DNA from: Callorhinchus milii
Lineage: Eukaryota
Length of the DNA: 64,000 bases
Assembly (NCBI RefSeq): GCF_018977255.1
Contig: NW_024704743.1
Span: 69,504,001-69,568,000, forward strand
Direction: 5' to 3'
The notes under the pieces were generated by a model. It had not been told where the DNA came from. It saw only the letters and a list, made by a program, of their open reading frames with translations, and did no database searches. The translations under genes and the position numbers were made by a program. Shown here piece by piece: positions 12,175-23,332 of this stretch; the stretch's first letter is position 1, and every line of letters starts with the position of its first letter.

Positions 12175-12549
12175 TATACCTCTCCGACCTAATATCTCCC
12201 TACTCACCTGGCCGTACCCTCCGTTCCTCTGGCTCCTGTCTGCTCCACATCCCCCGCCCTAACCGACCTACCATCGGTGGCCGGGCCTTCAGCCTGTCAA
12301 CCCCTAGGCTCTGGAACTCCATCCCCCAGTGCCTTCGCCGCCTCCTCCCTTTCCTCCTTCAAGGCCGGTCTCAAGACCTTTCTCTTCAACCGTGCCTTCA
12401 GCTCCCCTCTCGACTCTCTACCCCTCCTCGCTCCCTCCCTTCCCTCACCATTTCTCTCCTGCTCAGGTGCCGACCAACTGTCCAGCGCCTTGGGACGTCC
12501 TCCCAACATGAAAGGCGCTCTATAAGTGAAATCTTGTTGTTGTTGTTGT
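12175..12549 (+). mobile_element. L2-clade LINE 3' end
   Basis: GGRAFS…ctctggaactcc (LWNS)…FKAGLKTFLF, followed by the tail gcgccttgggacgtcctcccaacatgaaaggcgctctata and (TTG)n. Confidence 0.85.
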
Positions 12550-12939
12550 ATCATATTATTTTCTGCACAGTTCCTTAATTTCAATAGTGTTAAAATGTAT
12601 TTAATGTCTCAGTTTTGATCCCTATATTTCATAATTTGTACTCCAATTCTCTTGAAGTACAATACGAGTGTCAGCCTGGCTCAGTTTGTAACACTCTTGC
12701 CTGTTCAGGTGAGTGTTTGAAAAGAGAAGGGGATTCTGGATTCAGGCCCCTTGCCTCTTGCTACAATTTTGTGCTCATAGTCTCAGCTGACACACTAGTG
12801 CAGTGCTGCAAGTGTTGCATTGCTGGAGATGCATCCTTCAGATGAAACATCAGCATTCTCCAATAGAGATTAATTGCTCCAAGATGTTACCCCCATGTAG
12901 GGCACTATATAATAATAATAATAATAACAATAATAATAT

Positions 12940-14390
12940 GGTCTGAAATTGTTGAAATCAATATTGAGGTCAGAGGACTGTAAGGTCTCTAGCAGATAAA
13001 TGAGGTGCTGTTCCTCGAGCTTGCGCTGTGGTTCATTGGAACAGCGTAGGAGGTCAGAGCGCGAGTGGGAGGGAGAGTTGAAGTGGCAAGAAACCGGAAG
13101 CTCAGGTTGTGACAGAACGGAGGTGTTCGGCAAATTGGTCACCCAATCTGCATTTGGTCTCCCCAATGTAGAGGAGACCACATTGTGAGCAGTGAATGCA
13201 ATAAACTACATTGGTGGTAGTGCACGGAAATCACTGTCTCACATGAAAACTGTGTTTGGGGCCCTGGACAGTGGAAGGAGGTGAAAGGGCAGCTATTGCA
13301 TCTCCTGCGCTGGCATGGGAGGGTGCCGTGGGGAGGAGAGCAACTGTTGATGGTGATGGAATGAACCAGGGAGTCACGGAGAGAATAGGTCCATTCGGAA
13401 TGCTGAGAGGGGAGGGGACGGAAAGATATGCTTTGTGGTTGGATCACCCTGGAGGTGCCGAAAATGGCAGAGAATCATTTTTGGATGTTGAGGCCGGTGG
13501 GGTGGAAGGTGAGGACTAGGGGGACCCTATCATGGTTCTGCAAAGAGGGGAAAGGGGTGAGGGCAAAGGTGCGGGAAATAGGGCAGACACAGTCAAAGAC
13601 CCTGCCTACTACAGTGGATGGAAATCCTCGGTCGAGGAAAAAGGCAGACATTTCAGCTGCTCCGGTGTGAAAGGTGGCATCGTCAGAGCAGATGCGGCGT
13701 AGGAACTGGGAAAAGGGAATGGAGTCTTTAGAGGAGGTGGGATGGGAGGAGGTGTAGTGCAGGTAACTATGGGAGTTGGTCTTGTAAAAGTTATCTGTTG
13801 ATAGTCTATGCCCCAAGATGGAAATGGTGAAGTTGAGGAAGGGAAGGGAAGTGTTGTAGATGGACCATGTGAAAGTTATGGAGGGGTGGAAGGTGGAAGC
13901 GAAATTGGTAAATTTTTCCAGCTCCCTGCGAGAGCAGGAAGCAGCCCCAACACAATCGTCAATGTACCTGAGGAACAGGTCAAGGAGCAGACCTGAGTAG
14001 GCCTGGAGCAAAGAATGTTCCAGGTGGCCAATAAACAGGCAGGGGTAGCTGGGACCCATGCAGGTTCCCATAGTGACTTGGAGGAAGTGGTTGGAGTTGA
14101 AGGTGAAGCTTTTCAATATCGGAACAAGTTCAGCCAGGCGGAGGAGGGTGGTGGTGGATGGAGACTGGTTAGGCCGCTGTTTGAGGTGGAAGTGGAGGTC
14201 CTGCAGACCGTCCTTGTGGGGGATGGAGGTGTAGAGGGAGTGAACGTCCATTGTGAATAAGGGGCGGTCAGGGAACTGGAAATTATTGAAGTGGCGGAGG
14301 ATGTCAGAAGAGTCACGGATGCAGGTTGGTAGGAGCTGGATAAGAAAAGCTAAATTTGAGTCCAGATATGAGGAGATCAGTTCAGTGGGG
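12940..14390 (-). mobile_element. Penelope-like retroelement fragment (RT plus GIY-YIG endonuclease, frameshifted)
   Basis: ORF 13475-14251 has DVHSLYTSIP, MGTCMGPSY, RYIDD, LPFL and SYLHYTSSHP…IPFSQFLR. Downstream frames have CxxxxCxxC, GETKxRLGDxFAEHL and GLNIDF-like motifs. Confidence 0.92.
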
Positions 14391-14686
14391 TCTGTTCCTG
14401 ACCCACCGAACTGATCACCTCAAATCTGGACTCCATTTTTGCTCCTTTTGTCCACCTCACTGCTTGATCCTGAACTTTGCAGATGGGTCGGAGGAAGCCT
14501 CTTCGTTGCATCCCCAGGAGCTCAGTTCCGCGCAAGATGCTTCAATATCGCTTTAGGGAATACCATGTTAACCGGGGTCGAGTTAAGTGACACTGAAGTA
14601 GGAGCTCTGGAGACAGAAGCATTGGATGGTCACTAGTAGGATCAAAGATCAGGTGAAACCTTAACATAAACTACAGCCTAGGCATT

Positions 14687-15007
14687 GGAGTCCTGTAGCT
14701 CAGTGGTTAGAGCACTCGCTTTGCAAGTGAGAGACCTGAGTTCAATTCCAGGCAGGGCGAAACCTTGGGCAAGTTTCTTTACTCCACACAGAGCCTAATA
14801 ATAATCCCTCCAAAAACAAAACCAATAATAAATTGGTCATTTTCAATCTACGACTGTTTGTGGGACATTGCTGTGTGCAATTGGCTGCCGCGTTCGCCCA
14901 CAAATATACAGTCAATTCACTTTACAGTGTGTTCTGTGAAGCGCTTTGGGACGTCCTCCCGACGTGAAAACCACTATATCAAATGCAAGGATTATTATAT
15001 TATTATT
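14687..15007 (+). mobile_element. Young tRNA(Ala-like, TGC)-derived SINE, full length
   Basis: A box tagctcagtgg, B box gagttcaattcc, body ccttgggcaag…gtttgtgggacattgctgtg…, and (TTA)n tail; near-identical to other copies. Confidence 0.95.
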
Positions 15008-16167
15008 GTGCCAAAGGGAGTTAGATTTTTGAAAATGAAAGCTATATTTTGTTGCAATATACAATATCTTGACTTTCTCACCTGATGAAAGAGAGGAAGG
15101 ATTTGAATTGTGAATTTCATCGTATTTTATTGGTCCAGTAAAAGCTATCACCCTACTTTATTCTTCTCTTCCAAATTTGTCAAAATGCACAATTTCGTAG
15201 GTTGGAATTATGATGTGTTTTCACTGCACAAATTGGGCAGACTAACAACTCTTAGTATTGCTTTTATGTGGCTGGAAATATTTTATTGTAAGCCAAATAT
15301 TGTAACGTAAGCCAAACAGCAGGATAGCATGCATCAAAGTGAAAATTATTAACAACACAGCCCTTTAATTACCACACAAGGTCAGAGTCTCGGCAGTGAC
15401 TCAGGTCTTGCGAAATGGGTATGTCGTAAAGCAAAAAATATCCAGCCAGATTAATTAGGTTGTTGTGGGTAGGGATAGCTTTACAATGTATCATCTGGAA
15501 GCAGAACACTGTGTTTTAATGCTCTGTGATACAATGACATGCTAGGAGGGATACAATGATGTGACTGAACAAAAATCAACATAGTTGTAGTCAGTACATT
15601 TATGGATGTTTTGAAGTGGTAACATCTTACATTGACTCTGGGATGTCATATGGCATAGTTTACCTACACTTCCAAAGTGTTTGACAAAGCACAGCATAAA
15701 ATACAAGTCAGTGAGTATCAAGGGCAAGGAATGGATATAGATTTTAAATTTTCTGAAGGGACGAAAGCAAATTGTAGCGGTTGAGGGAGTTAGGTCAAAA
15801 TGTTGGGATGTATTAAGTTGGGGGCAAACGGTTCTTTACTGAAACCCTTCCTGTTCCTTGTACACATCAATGACCTGGATTCGCAAATGCAGTGTAAGTA
15901 ACTAAGTTTGCAGATAACACAAAGTCGAAGGGAAACGGTGGAATCAGAGGATCCAAAGTACAAAGACAGTGACTTGGGATGTCCTCCCAACGTGAAAAGC
16001 GCTTTACAAATGTAATTTGTTGTTGATAGGGCAAGACATGGGTTGGGCTAGTGACTAACAAATGAAGTTCAATGTAGATGTAAGGTACTGCATACAGGAA
16101 GGAAGATTAGGAGGCACATGTATTCCACAGATGGTATAGGATTTGTCAAGGGAGAAGCCAAGAGATA

Positions 16168-16422
16168 TTCCAGGCAGGGCGAAACCTTGAGCAAGTTTCC
16201 TTACTCCACACGCCTAATATTAATCCCTCCAAAACCAAAAACAATAATAAATTGGTCATTTTCAATCTATGTTTGTGGGACATTGCTGTGCGCAATTGGC
16301 TGCCGCGTTTGCCCACAAATATACTGTCAATTCACTTTACAGTGTGTTCTGTGAAGCGCTTTGTGACATCCTCCCGACGTGAAAAGCGCTATATCAAATG
16401 CAAGGATTATTATTATTATTAT
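16168..16422 (+). mobile_element. 5'-truncated young SINE inserted in a CR1-like fragment (~15830-16165)
   Basis: Same body and tail as 14687-15007. The left flank has CR1-like RT remnants (atcaatgacctgga, aagtttgcagat, aatgaagttcaatgtag). Confidence 0.8.
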
Positions 16423-19400
16423 TAATATAGGGAGCTTCCCAGGCTCTCTAGGTTGTGCAAAGGAGATCAATGAGGATGATCCCCAGTGTTGGAGGAATAG
16501 GCTTGGAGAAATGATTAGATAGACAAGCAGTAGGTATTCTGGAAGGATGAGATCTTCTAGATGTGATGTGATTATAGCTTATTCTGCCTGGCATTAGAAC
16601 CATAGAAATGTACTGAACAGAAGGAGGCCATTCAGCCTATTGTGCCTGTGCTGATTCTCTGAAAGAGCTATCCATTTAGTTCTATTCCCTCCCTTTCCTC
16701 ATACCCATTATTGCCTAAACAAATGATATAATTGGTTGCATTTATGTTAGTTTATGAATTATAACACAAAAACAGCTTGCATTTATGTAGTGCCTTTCAC
16801 GCATGATAGCATCTCGGAGCGCTGTACAATGGCAGGGTTGGATACTGAAAAGGGAGAAGAGGGCGATGGCCATAGATGCAGTTGAAGAAGTATGTCTTCA
16901 GGTGGGAATTAAAGATAGATATATAAAAATTGCTGCAAACCTAATTATAGTGGGTATATTTTGCATGGAGCCTGCATTTTATAAAAGTTATTCAGGACAG
17001 GCTCATCTTTGAGATGTCTCAAAGACGTGATAAGGCACTATATCAAATGCAAGGATTATTATTATGTTATCTTTAATTTACCTTGGAGTGAAATTTGCAG
17101 CATTTCATTACATGCTCATAATTATCATGTCAAATGTGCTATGAAATACCACAACCTTACTTTTACTTTAATTGTAAACAGGCTCAATAACTCTTGTCCC
17201 CAAATTATTTGCATTGGGGTCATCCATTTTTGCGCTGTTTTACCACCCCTGTAGTATTATGGTGCAAATTTAAGGTACCAACTTAAATTCAATTAAACAT
17301 CCTGGAAAATGCATTTAAGTACTCTACACAACATATTAACTTAATTTGGTAAGTATTTAGAAATCTGAAGGTTGTGGGTTATGAACCACACCAGAACTTG
17401 ACTTCACAACGACAATCCAGCGCTCAACTGAGGATGCTACATTGTTGGAGGTGAGGCCATTCAGATGAAACATTAAACCAAGATCTCATCTGCCTCAGGA
17501 GGAGGTCAAAGATCCAATGGCACTATTTGATTTGAGAGGGGAGTTTCTCCCAGTGTTCTGGCCAGTGATTCTCCAGATTAGTGCATCTTTCACCTCCCGG
17601 CTGTTTGTAGGACCTTGCTGTGGGCAAACATCTGCTATACTTGCCTGCATTTGACAATAATTACTATTAGCCACTTTGAGACAGTTTTACAGTAAAAACC
17701 CATTGTAAGGCAGCCTCTTATAACATTGGTTTGCATGAAAGGCACATGCCCTCTGGACCTACATATTGTCTGGGTGAACAGACTGACCAGGTTCCAGCGT
17801 ATTCTAAAAAAAGGGTGATTTTCAAGTCATCAGGTCACCAATATTGTCACTTTCTCATTCAGTGACAACCTGGTGACCAGGAAGTCAGTCATTTTTTAGC
17901 CCAAGAAGCAGCCAACTTAATACACATGCCCACTGTGCTGATTGATGGCCATTCTTGATATAAAAGAAGTTGAAATTTTATGAACCCTCACGTCCATCTT
18001 GTTATGGGGTTCTACTGTAATAAGCCTTTAGAAAATGGCAAGTTCTTTCTTCAAGTTCTTATTATCTTAAATTTGTTCCCTCTCATTGCTGACTAGCTGA
18101 CCAGTAATAATATAACCCTTCACCAACATGAAAGTGTTAGCCTGGTTCAGTTGGTAGTAAACTTGCCTTTGGGTCAAGGTCCATGTAAGGACTTTGATTT
18201 CATAGTGCAGTGCTCGGGGGACTGCTGCATGTTGGAGATGATGTCCTTTTAGACGATAGACCAAGGTCCTATTTACCTGTTCAGGGGGATGTTAAAGATC
18301 TCATGACACTCTTCAAAAAGAGAATCGAGTTCCTCCCAATTTCCTGGCCAACAGTCTTCCAGATTTTAAAACAATGGTTATTCACTTCATAGCTGTTGTA
18401 TTATTTCTCTGTTTAATTTGATTCCATCATAGATTTCTTAATGCTGTATATAGCTTTATAAACGGACTTGCCATTGTCTTATCCAAAATTTACTATTGAA
18501 TTGTTTCAATAATTCATTCTTATATCCATCCATGATTCCATGACCACCATTGAATTCTGGCCTATGCTCTTCCCTCTGAGTACATTTTCTGTTTGATTTT
18601 CCCATTGTGATCGCATCTCTGTTCAACATCTTGCTAATACCTATGATGTAGTTGAGTATACACAATATGAAAAAAAACTTTCTCAAAATGGAAGCTACAG
18701 ATGGGATTGTAACCCAAATCTTCCAGTCTCTCCACAATAGAACACACTAATATCCCACATGCTGTGTGCCCATAAACAACCTCATAAATTGGTTGCAAAA
18801 AGTAAAAGCATGTTTCCTGAATGAAACCTCGTGAGATTAACTCATTGTCTTGTTTAATGTCAGATAGTAAAAACGCATGTCAAATAAATGACAATATTCT
18901 TTCCTCGTACAAAATTATTTACAAGTGAAGGCAGTTTGTTCCCTTTTATAGGAAATGTTTCTGAATGCACTGTGCTGCCCTGGAAGATGCAGTAGTCTTG
19001 AATTGATAATTGTTGTTGGCATTTCAGAAATGCTACATCCTTTTCGTTCAAGAGACGATATGTACTTCTTGGCTGGTGAGATTCTTCCTTGGTTCCCATG
19101 GATACCGCAAGAAACAGAATCAATATTGGTCTGATTCCATTGTTGGCTTAAGCCAAAGTGGGTTCCTCTTTGGTGGGAAGACTAGTCTTTGTCCAACAAT
19201 AACATTCTTCTAACCATGCACTTCTCCACATCTGTGCCACTCACTTATGTCACAGCTGCAAGTTAGTATCCATGAGAACGAACAACACAAGCTCAGATCA
19301 AAAGATATTTTGATACCTTAAATGCATGTAAAATATATAAACTAATTAATAGATTGATTTGGTATTCTAAACAGAAAACCTCCCTGATTTATTCACAGTA

Positions 19401-20094
19401 GAAGAGACTTCTAGCAGTTGTAACCGTAACTATTTTTTTTAAAAAAAGGCATGGCTTATTAGCAGATTGATTAGTTTTTTTACAAACATACACATCCACG
19501 AAAGTTAACATCCGTCTGAAGACCTTCTGAAAACCCACCCACCTTGAATCCAATCCCCAGTTCAGGTGCAAACCTTTCAATGTCCAGCCCCTTGGGACAT
19601 CCTCCTTAAGTTAAATGCCCTATATAAATGCAATGTTGTTGTTATACAATCACCACACTTTATAGTATATCCTGTGAAGCCCTGAGACAATCTGCCGACA
19701 TGAAAGGTTCTATATCAAACGTAAGGATTATTATTATTACTAACACGATCAATAGGAACATAACAAATATTCTTTACATTAGCAACATGACTGTGATATT
19801 AGATGAACAGCTTCAGTATATTTGTTGTAATCTCAACAGTATTGGGAATCACAAATGTAACAAATTGTCTTACAAATGTCAGTATTTATTTTTATTTGGC
19901 ACTTGTGATTTGTATGCAAAGTATTTCAACACAAACATTCCTACAGCAATATGTCATACGGAGATGCTTTTGTGGATCAAGTCACAAAAGAATGGGAACA
20001 GAATGTCAGTAAGATCTCAGTGAAGAGAAAGGGCATATATGTGCTGCAGATAAAGTATGTTAGCTTCACAGCCCTTATTTTTTTCCCACTGCAG

Positions 20095-20262
20095 AACCCG
20101 TGTTGTATCTCCTGTTATAGATGTCATTGACTGGAAGACCTTTCAATATTATCACTCAGTTGATCTGCAACGGGGGGTTTTCAACTGGAAGCTGGACTTT
20201 CATTGGGAACCAATACCAAAATATCAACAAAAATGGCGTCAGTCTCCCATCAGCCCAATCAG
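20095..20262 (+). CDS. GALNT15: GALNT15 exon 4 (TRVVSPVIDVIDWKTFQYYHSVDLQRGVFNWKLDFHWEPIPKYQQKWRQSPISPIR)
   Basis: VSPVIDVI…GVFNWKLDFHW motif. Acceptor ctgcag|, donor AG|gtaaat; 168 nt. Confidence 0.97.
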
Positions 20263-20479
20263 GTAAATGATGGATCCAATGTATTATAGTGTACTTCAAT
20301 TCAAAGCAACTTTCCCTGTTAATGTGTAATATTAAGATGGCAACTGTTCTTTAAGACCATCGGAGACAACTTCATTCCTCACCAGATGCCTGAAATTCCA
20401 CCTAGTCTAAGCCAATAAGCCCAGTACATCTACATCTAAGATCGCACAGATTTGTGGAAATTCTTCCATTGTCTTACAA

Positions 20480-20730
20480 GTTATATTTATATAGCGCTTT
20501 TCACGTTGGGAGGACAACACAGAACTGTACAAGGTTGGTTAGGTACCCGAGGTCGGGGAAGGGGGAGGGAACTGAAGAGAGTGGGGGGAAAGGGGAGGAA
20601 GATGACTGAGAATGGGGGTAAACAGGTAAGCTTTCAGGTGAGCTGTGAAAGTGAGGAGGAAGGGGACGAGTCGGAGGGCCCCTGGGATGTTCCAGAAAGC
20701 GGTGGGAGAATGGCTGAAAGGGCAGAAACT
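20480..20730 (-). mobile_element. L2 3' end fragment in GALNT15 intron 4
   Basis: Minus-strand ORF has PFSHSPTAFWNIP…LKAYLF, plus the shared L2/SINE tail. Confidence 0.7.
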
Positions 20731-20800
20731 TAAATTAGATGCTGGTGTTTGGCATATCTTCAATAGTGATTGTCCTTTGTCATTCTTCTGTCTGTCTTAG

Positions 20801-20915
20801 GAGCCCAGCAGTTCCTGGGATGTTAATGATCAATCGGCATTACTTCCAAAATCTTGGTGCATATGATCCTGGAATGTCAATGTGGGGAGCAGAGAATGTG
20901 GAACTCTCCCTCAGG
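20801..20915 (+). CDS. GALNT15: GALNT15 exon 5 (SPAVPGMLMINRHYFQNLGAYDPGMSMWGAENVELSLR)
   Basis: Gal/GalNAc-T motif GAYDPGM…WGAENVELS. Acceptor tcttag|, donor AGG|gtaagg; 115 nt. Confidence 0.96.
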
Positions 20916-21114
20916 GTAAGGTTATAATTCATATTTCAGATCTAATCAAAACCTGGATCATTTATCTTTGTCACAATGAAAACGTGAAAGCCACATTGCA
21001 GCTTTGGAGTTTTGAACTGCTGATTTCATTGCTTTTTGTGCGGAAAACACAAGACCATTATTTTGTACTGTAATGTGGAAAGAGGCAATCTATTTGTTGT
21101 CATTAGATCACAAG

Positions 21115-21447
21115 ATTGATCTGGATGACAAAGGTCCTTTGGCCCATGTGGTCTCATCCTTTCAGAATACCCACCCTCATCATTGCATCAAGTTGCTTTT
21201 TAAATGAGTGTAGTGTCCTGGCCTCAACCATCCTTCCTGGCAACCTGTTCAAGTCGTTGATTACCTTATGAATAAAAAAACAGTTCCTGGTATCTGTCCT
21301 GAAATTGCCCTTTACAACTTTGAACCTATATCCTTCTGTTCTCCTGTCTCGGTGCATCCTATAGTACTTTTATCAATCCTATTTAAGCTTTTATACACCT
21401 CTATGAAGTCCCCTCTGAGTCGTCTTCTCCCAAGACTGAAGAGATGC
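21115..21447 (-). mobile_element. CR1-clade LINE 3' end
   Basis: Minus-strand peptide FKVVKGNFRTDTRNCFFIHKVINDLNRLPGRMVEARTLHSFKKQLD, a typical CR1 ORF2 C-terminus. Confidence 0.85.
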
Positions 21448-21739
21448 TCCGAGCTGCTAGTCACGTGAAGGGTTGGTGTTGACATTTTAGCTTGTTGACC
21501 CAGTTTTAAACGACTATTACCTTTAATTGATAGGGAGCCTTTTTCTTAAATAAACTAGATTGTAGTCAACCTAAGGCTCTGGTTATTGCCATTACTGTTG
21601 TTGCCCATCAGAGGTGATAGAATGGCTTACTAACTCATTGTATCATCCAGTTCCTAGAATGCCTTCAAAATTATAAAACTTTGTTGGAATATTACTTGTT
21701 AGAATAAAATATTTAGCTTTGTTTGTATAGGCACATGAG

Positions 21740-21866
21740 TGTGCATGCACCTGTATTTGTATGGATCTGTGTGTTTGTGCATGTGTGTTTGCTTGTTTGT
21801 ATGTGTGTGTGTGTTTGGATATGTGTGTTTGGTCATGTGTGTACATATGTGTCTGTGTATATGTAT
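21740..21866. repeat. Degenerate (TG)n/(TGTA)n microsatellite
   Basis: Visible TG-rich tract. Confidence 0.85.
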
Positions 21867-23003
21867 ATAATAATAATCCTTGCATTTGATATAGCGCCTT
21901 TCACGTCGGGAGGACGTCCCAAAGCGCTTCACAGAACACACTATAAAGTGAATTGACTGTATATTTGTGGGCGAATATAATTTGTATCTATATGTATGTG
22001 TTTATGCGTGTATGTTTTTCTGCTATTTGGCTGGTTCCCTACCTAACACATAACCATAGTATTTGTCATGTGACAAACTGAGATGAATTATTACATTTTT
22101 ATTCACTGCCCTCCTTGAACGATGGCATTTGTATAATTTTGCCTGCCTATTCAGTGACTCATTATCTTTTTATTATCTGTGTGGCCATCTGGCTAAGATG
22201 AAAAATCAGTCTTATCATGTGATTTGAGTATTAATAATAATAATACTAGACTTGTGCAATCATCCTCAATAACTGCATCCACGTCACTTAGAGCAGCATT
22301 CTCAAACCCAGATTTGTACTGAATCACACATGTACCTAATAATAATAATAATAATAATCCTTGCATTTGATATAGCGCTTTTCATGTCAGGAGGACATCC
22401 CAAAGCGCTTCACAGAACACACTGTAAAGTGAATTGACTGTATATTTGTGGGCGAACACGGCAGCCAATTGCGCACAGCAATGTCCCACAAACAGTCGTA
22501 GATTGAAAATGACCAATTTATTATTGTTTTGGGTTTTGGAGGGATTATTTCCGTATAACATTAGCAATCCTTGCATTTCATATAGTACATTACCACATTG
22601 TCGAATGTCTCGAAAAGTTTTCCGGGGTGAAATGTAAAGTGTAGTGACTGAATTTGTAATCGTGGCAGATTTTTTAATTTCATTTCCATGCCTTTTCTCC
22701 ATACAACCTTTTTTAATTAGACGATCAGACAATTGCTCCCAAAGAGTGGGAGCTACCCACTCTTTGGTGTTACTGTTGCTCCTCAGTTCAGCATTTGTCA
22801 TGCCAATGGAAAAGTAGTTTTATCTTCCATTCTGTTCCTCCAATTTACCTTGCCAAGCTTCTAAGCAAAGACTCTGACAAGTTGAAAGGTTTTGTAGAGC
22901 ATATTTGTGTACATAGGTTAATGCTACCCTTCCCAACCATTGATATTCAGGTAGATAGCAAACTAGCAGGTACCAGAAAGGATAATTACATTGATACATT
23001 TCA

Positions 23004-23332
23004 AATAATAATAATAATAATAATCCTTGCATTTTGATATAGAGCTTTTCACGTCAGGAGGACGTCCCAAAGCGTTTCACAGAACACACTGTAAAGTGAA
23101 TTGACTTTATATTTGTGGGCGAACACGGCAGACAATTGCGCACAGCAATGTCCCACAAACAGTCGTAGATTGAAAATGACCAATTATTATTGTTTTTTGT
23201 TTTGGAGGGATTATTATTAGGCTCTGTGTGGAGTAAGGAAACTTGCCCAAGGTTTCGCCCTGACCTGCCTGGAATTGAACTCAGGTCTCTCACTTGCAAA
23301 GCGAGTGCTCTAACCACTGAGCTACAGGACTC
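23004..23332 (-). mobile_element. Young SINE, full length (partial copies also at ~21868-21975 and ~22338-22550, -)
   Basis: Reverse complement of the 14687 element. Confidence 0.95.

Noticed and set aside
13475..14251. Intact or domesticated reverse transcriptase gene
   Set aside because: 5'-truncated, with small deletions in conserved motifs and frameshifts between RT and GIY-YIG; it is a decayed Penelope copy.
14455..14640. Relatively GC-rich segment next to the Penelope 5' end as a captured gene fragment
   Set aside because: The frames I translated gave no recognisable protein or RNA; unsupported without a database search.
14687..14760. tRNA-Ala(TGC)-like gene (also at 48519, 50503 and others)
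   Set aside because: It is the head of a multi-copy SINE. There is no proper 3' acceptor-stem strand, and it continues into the SINE body and TTA tail.
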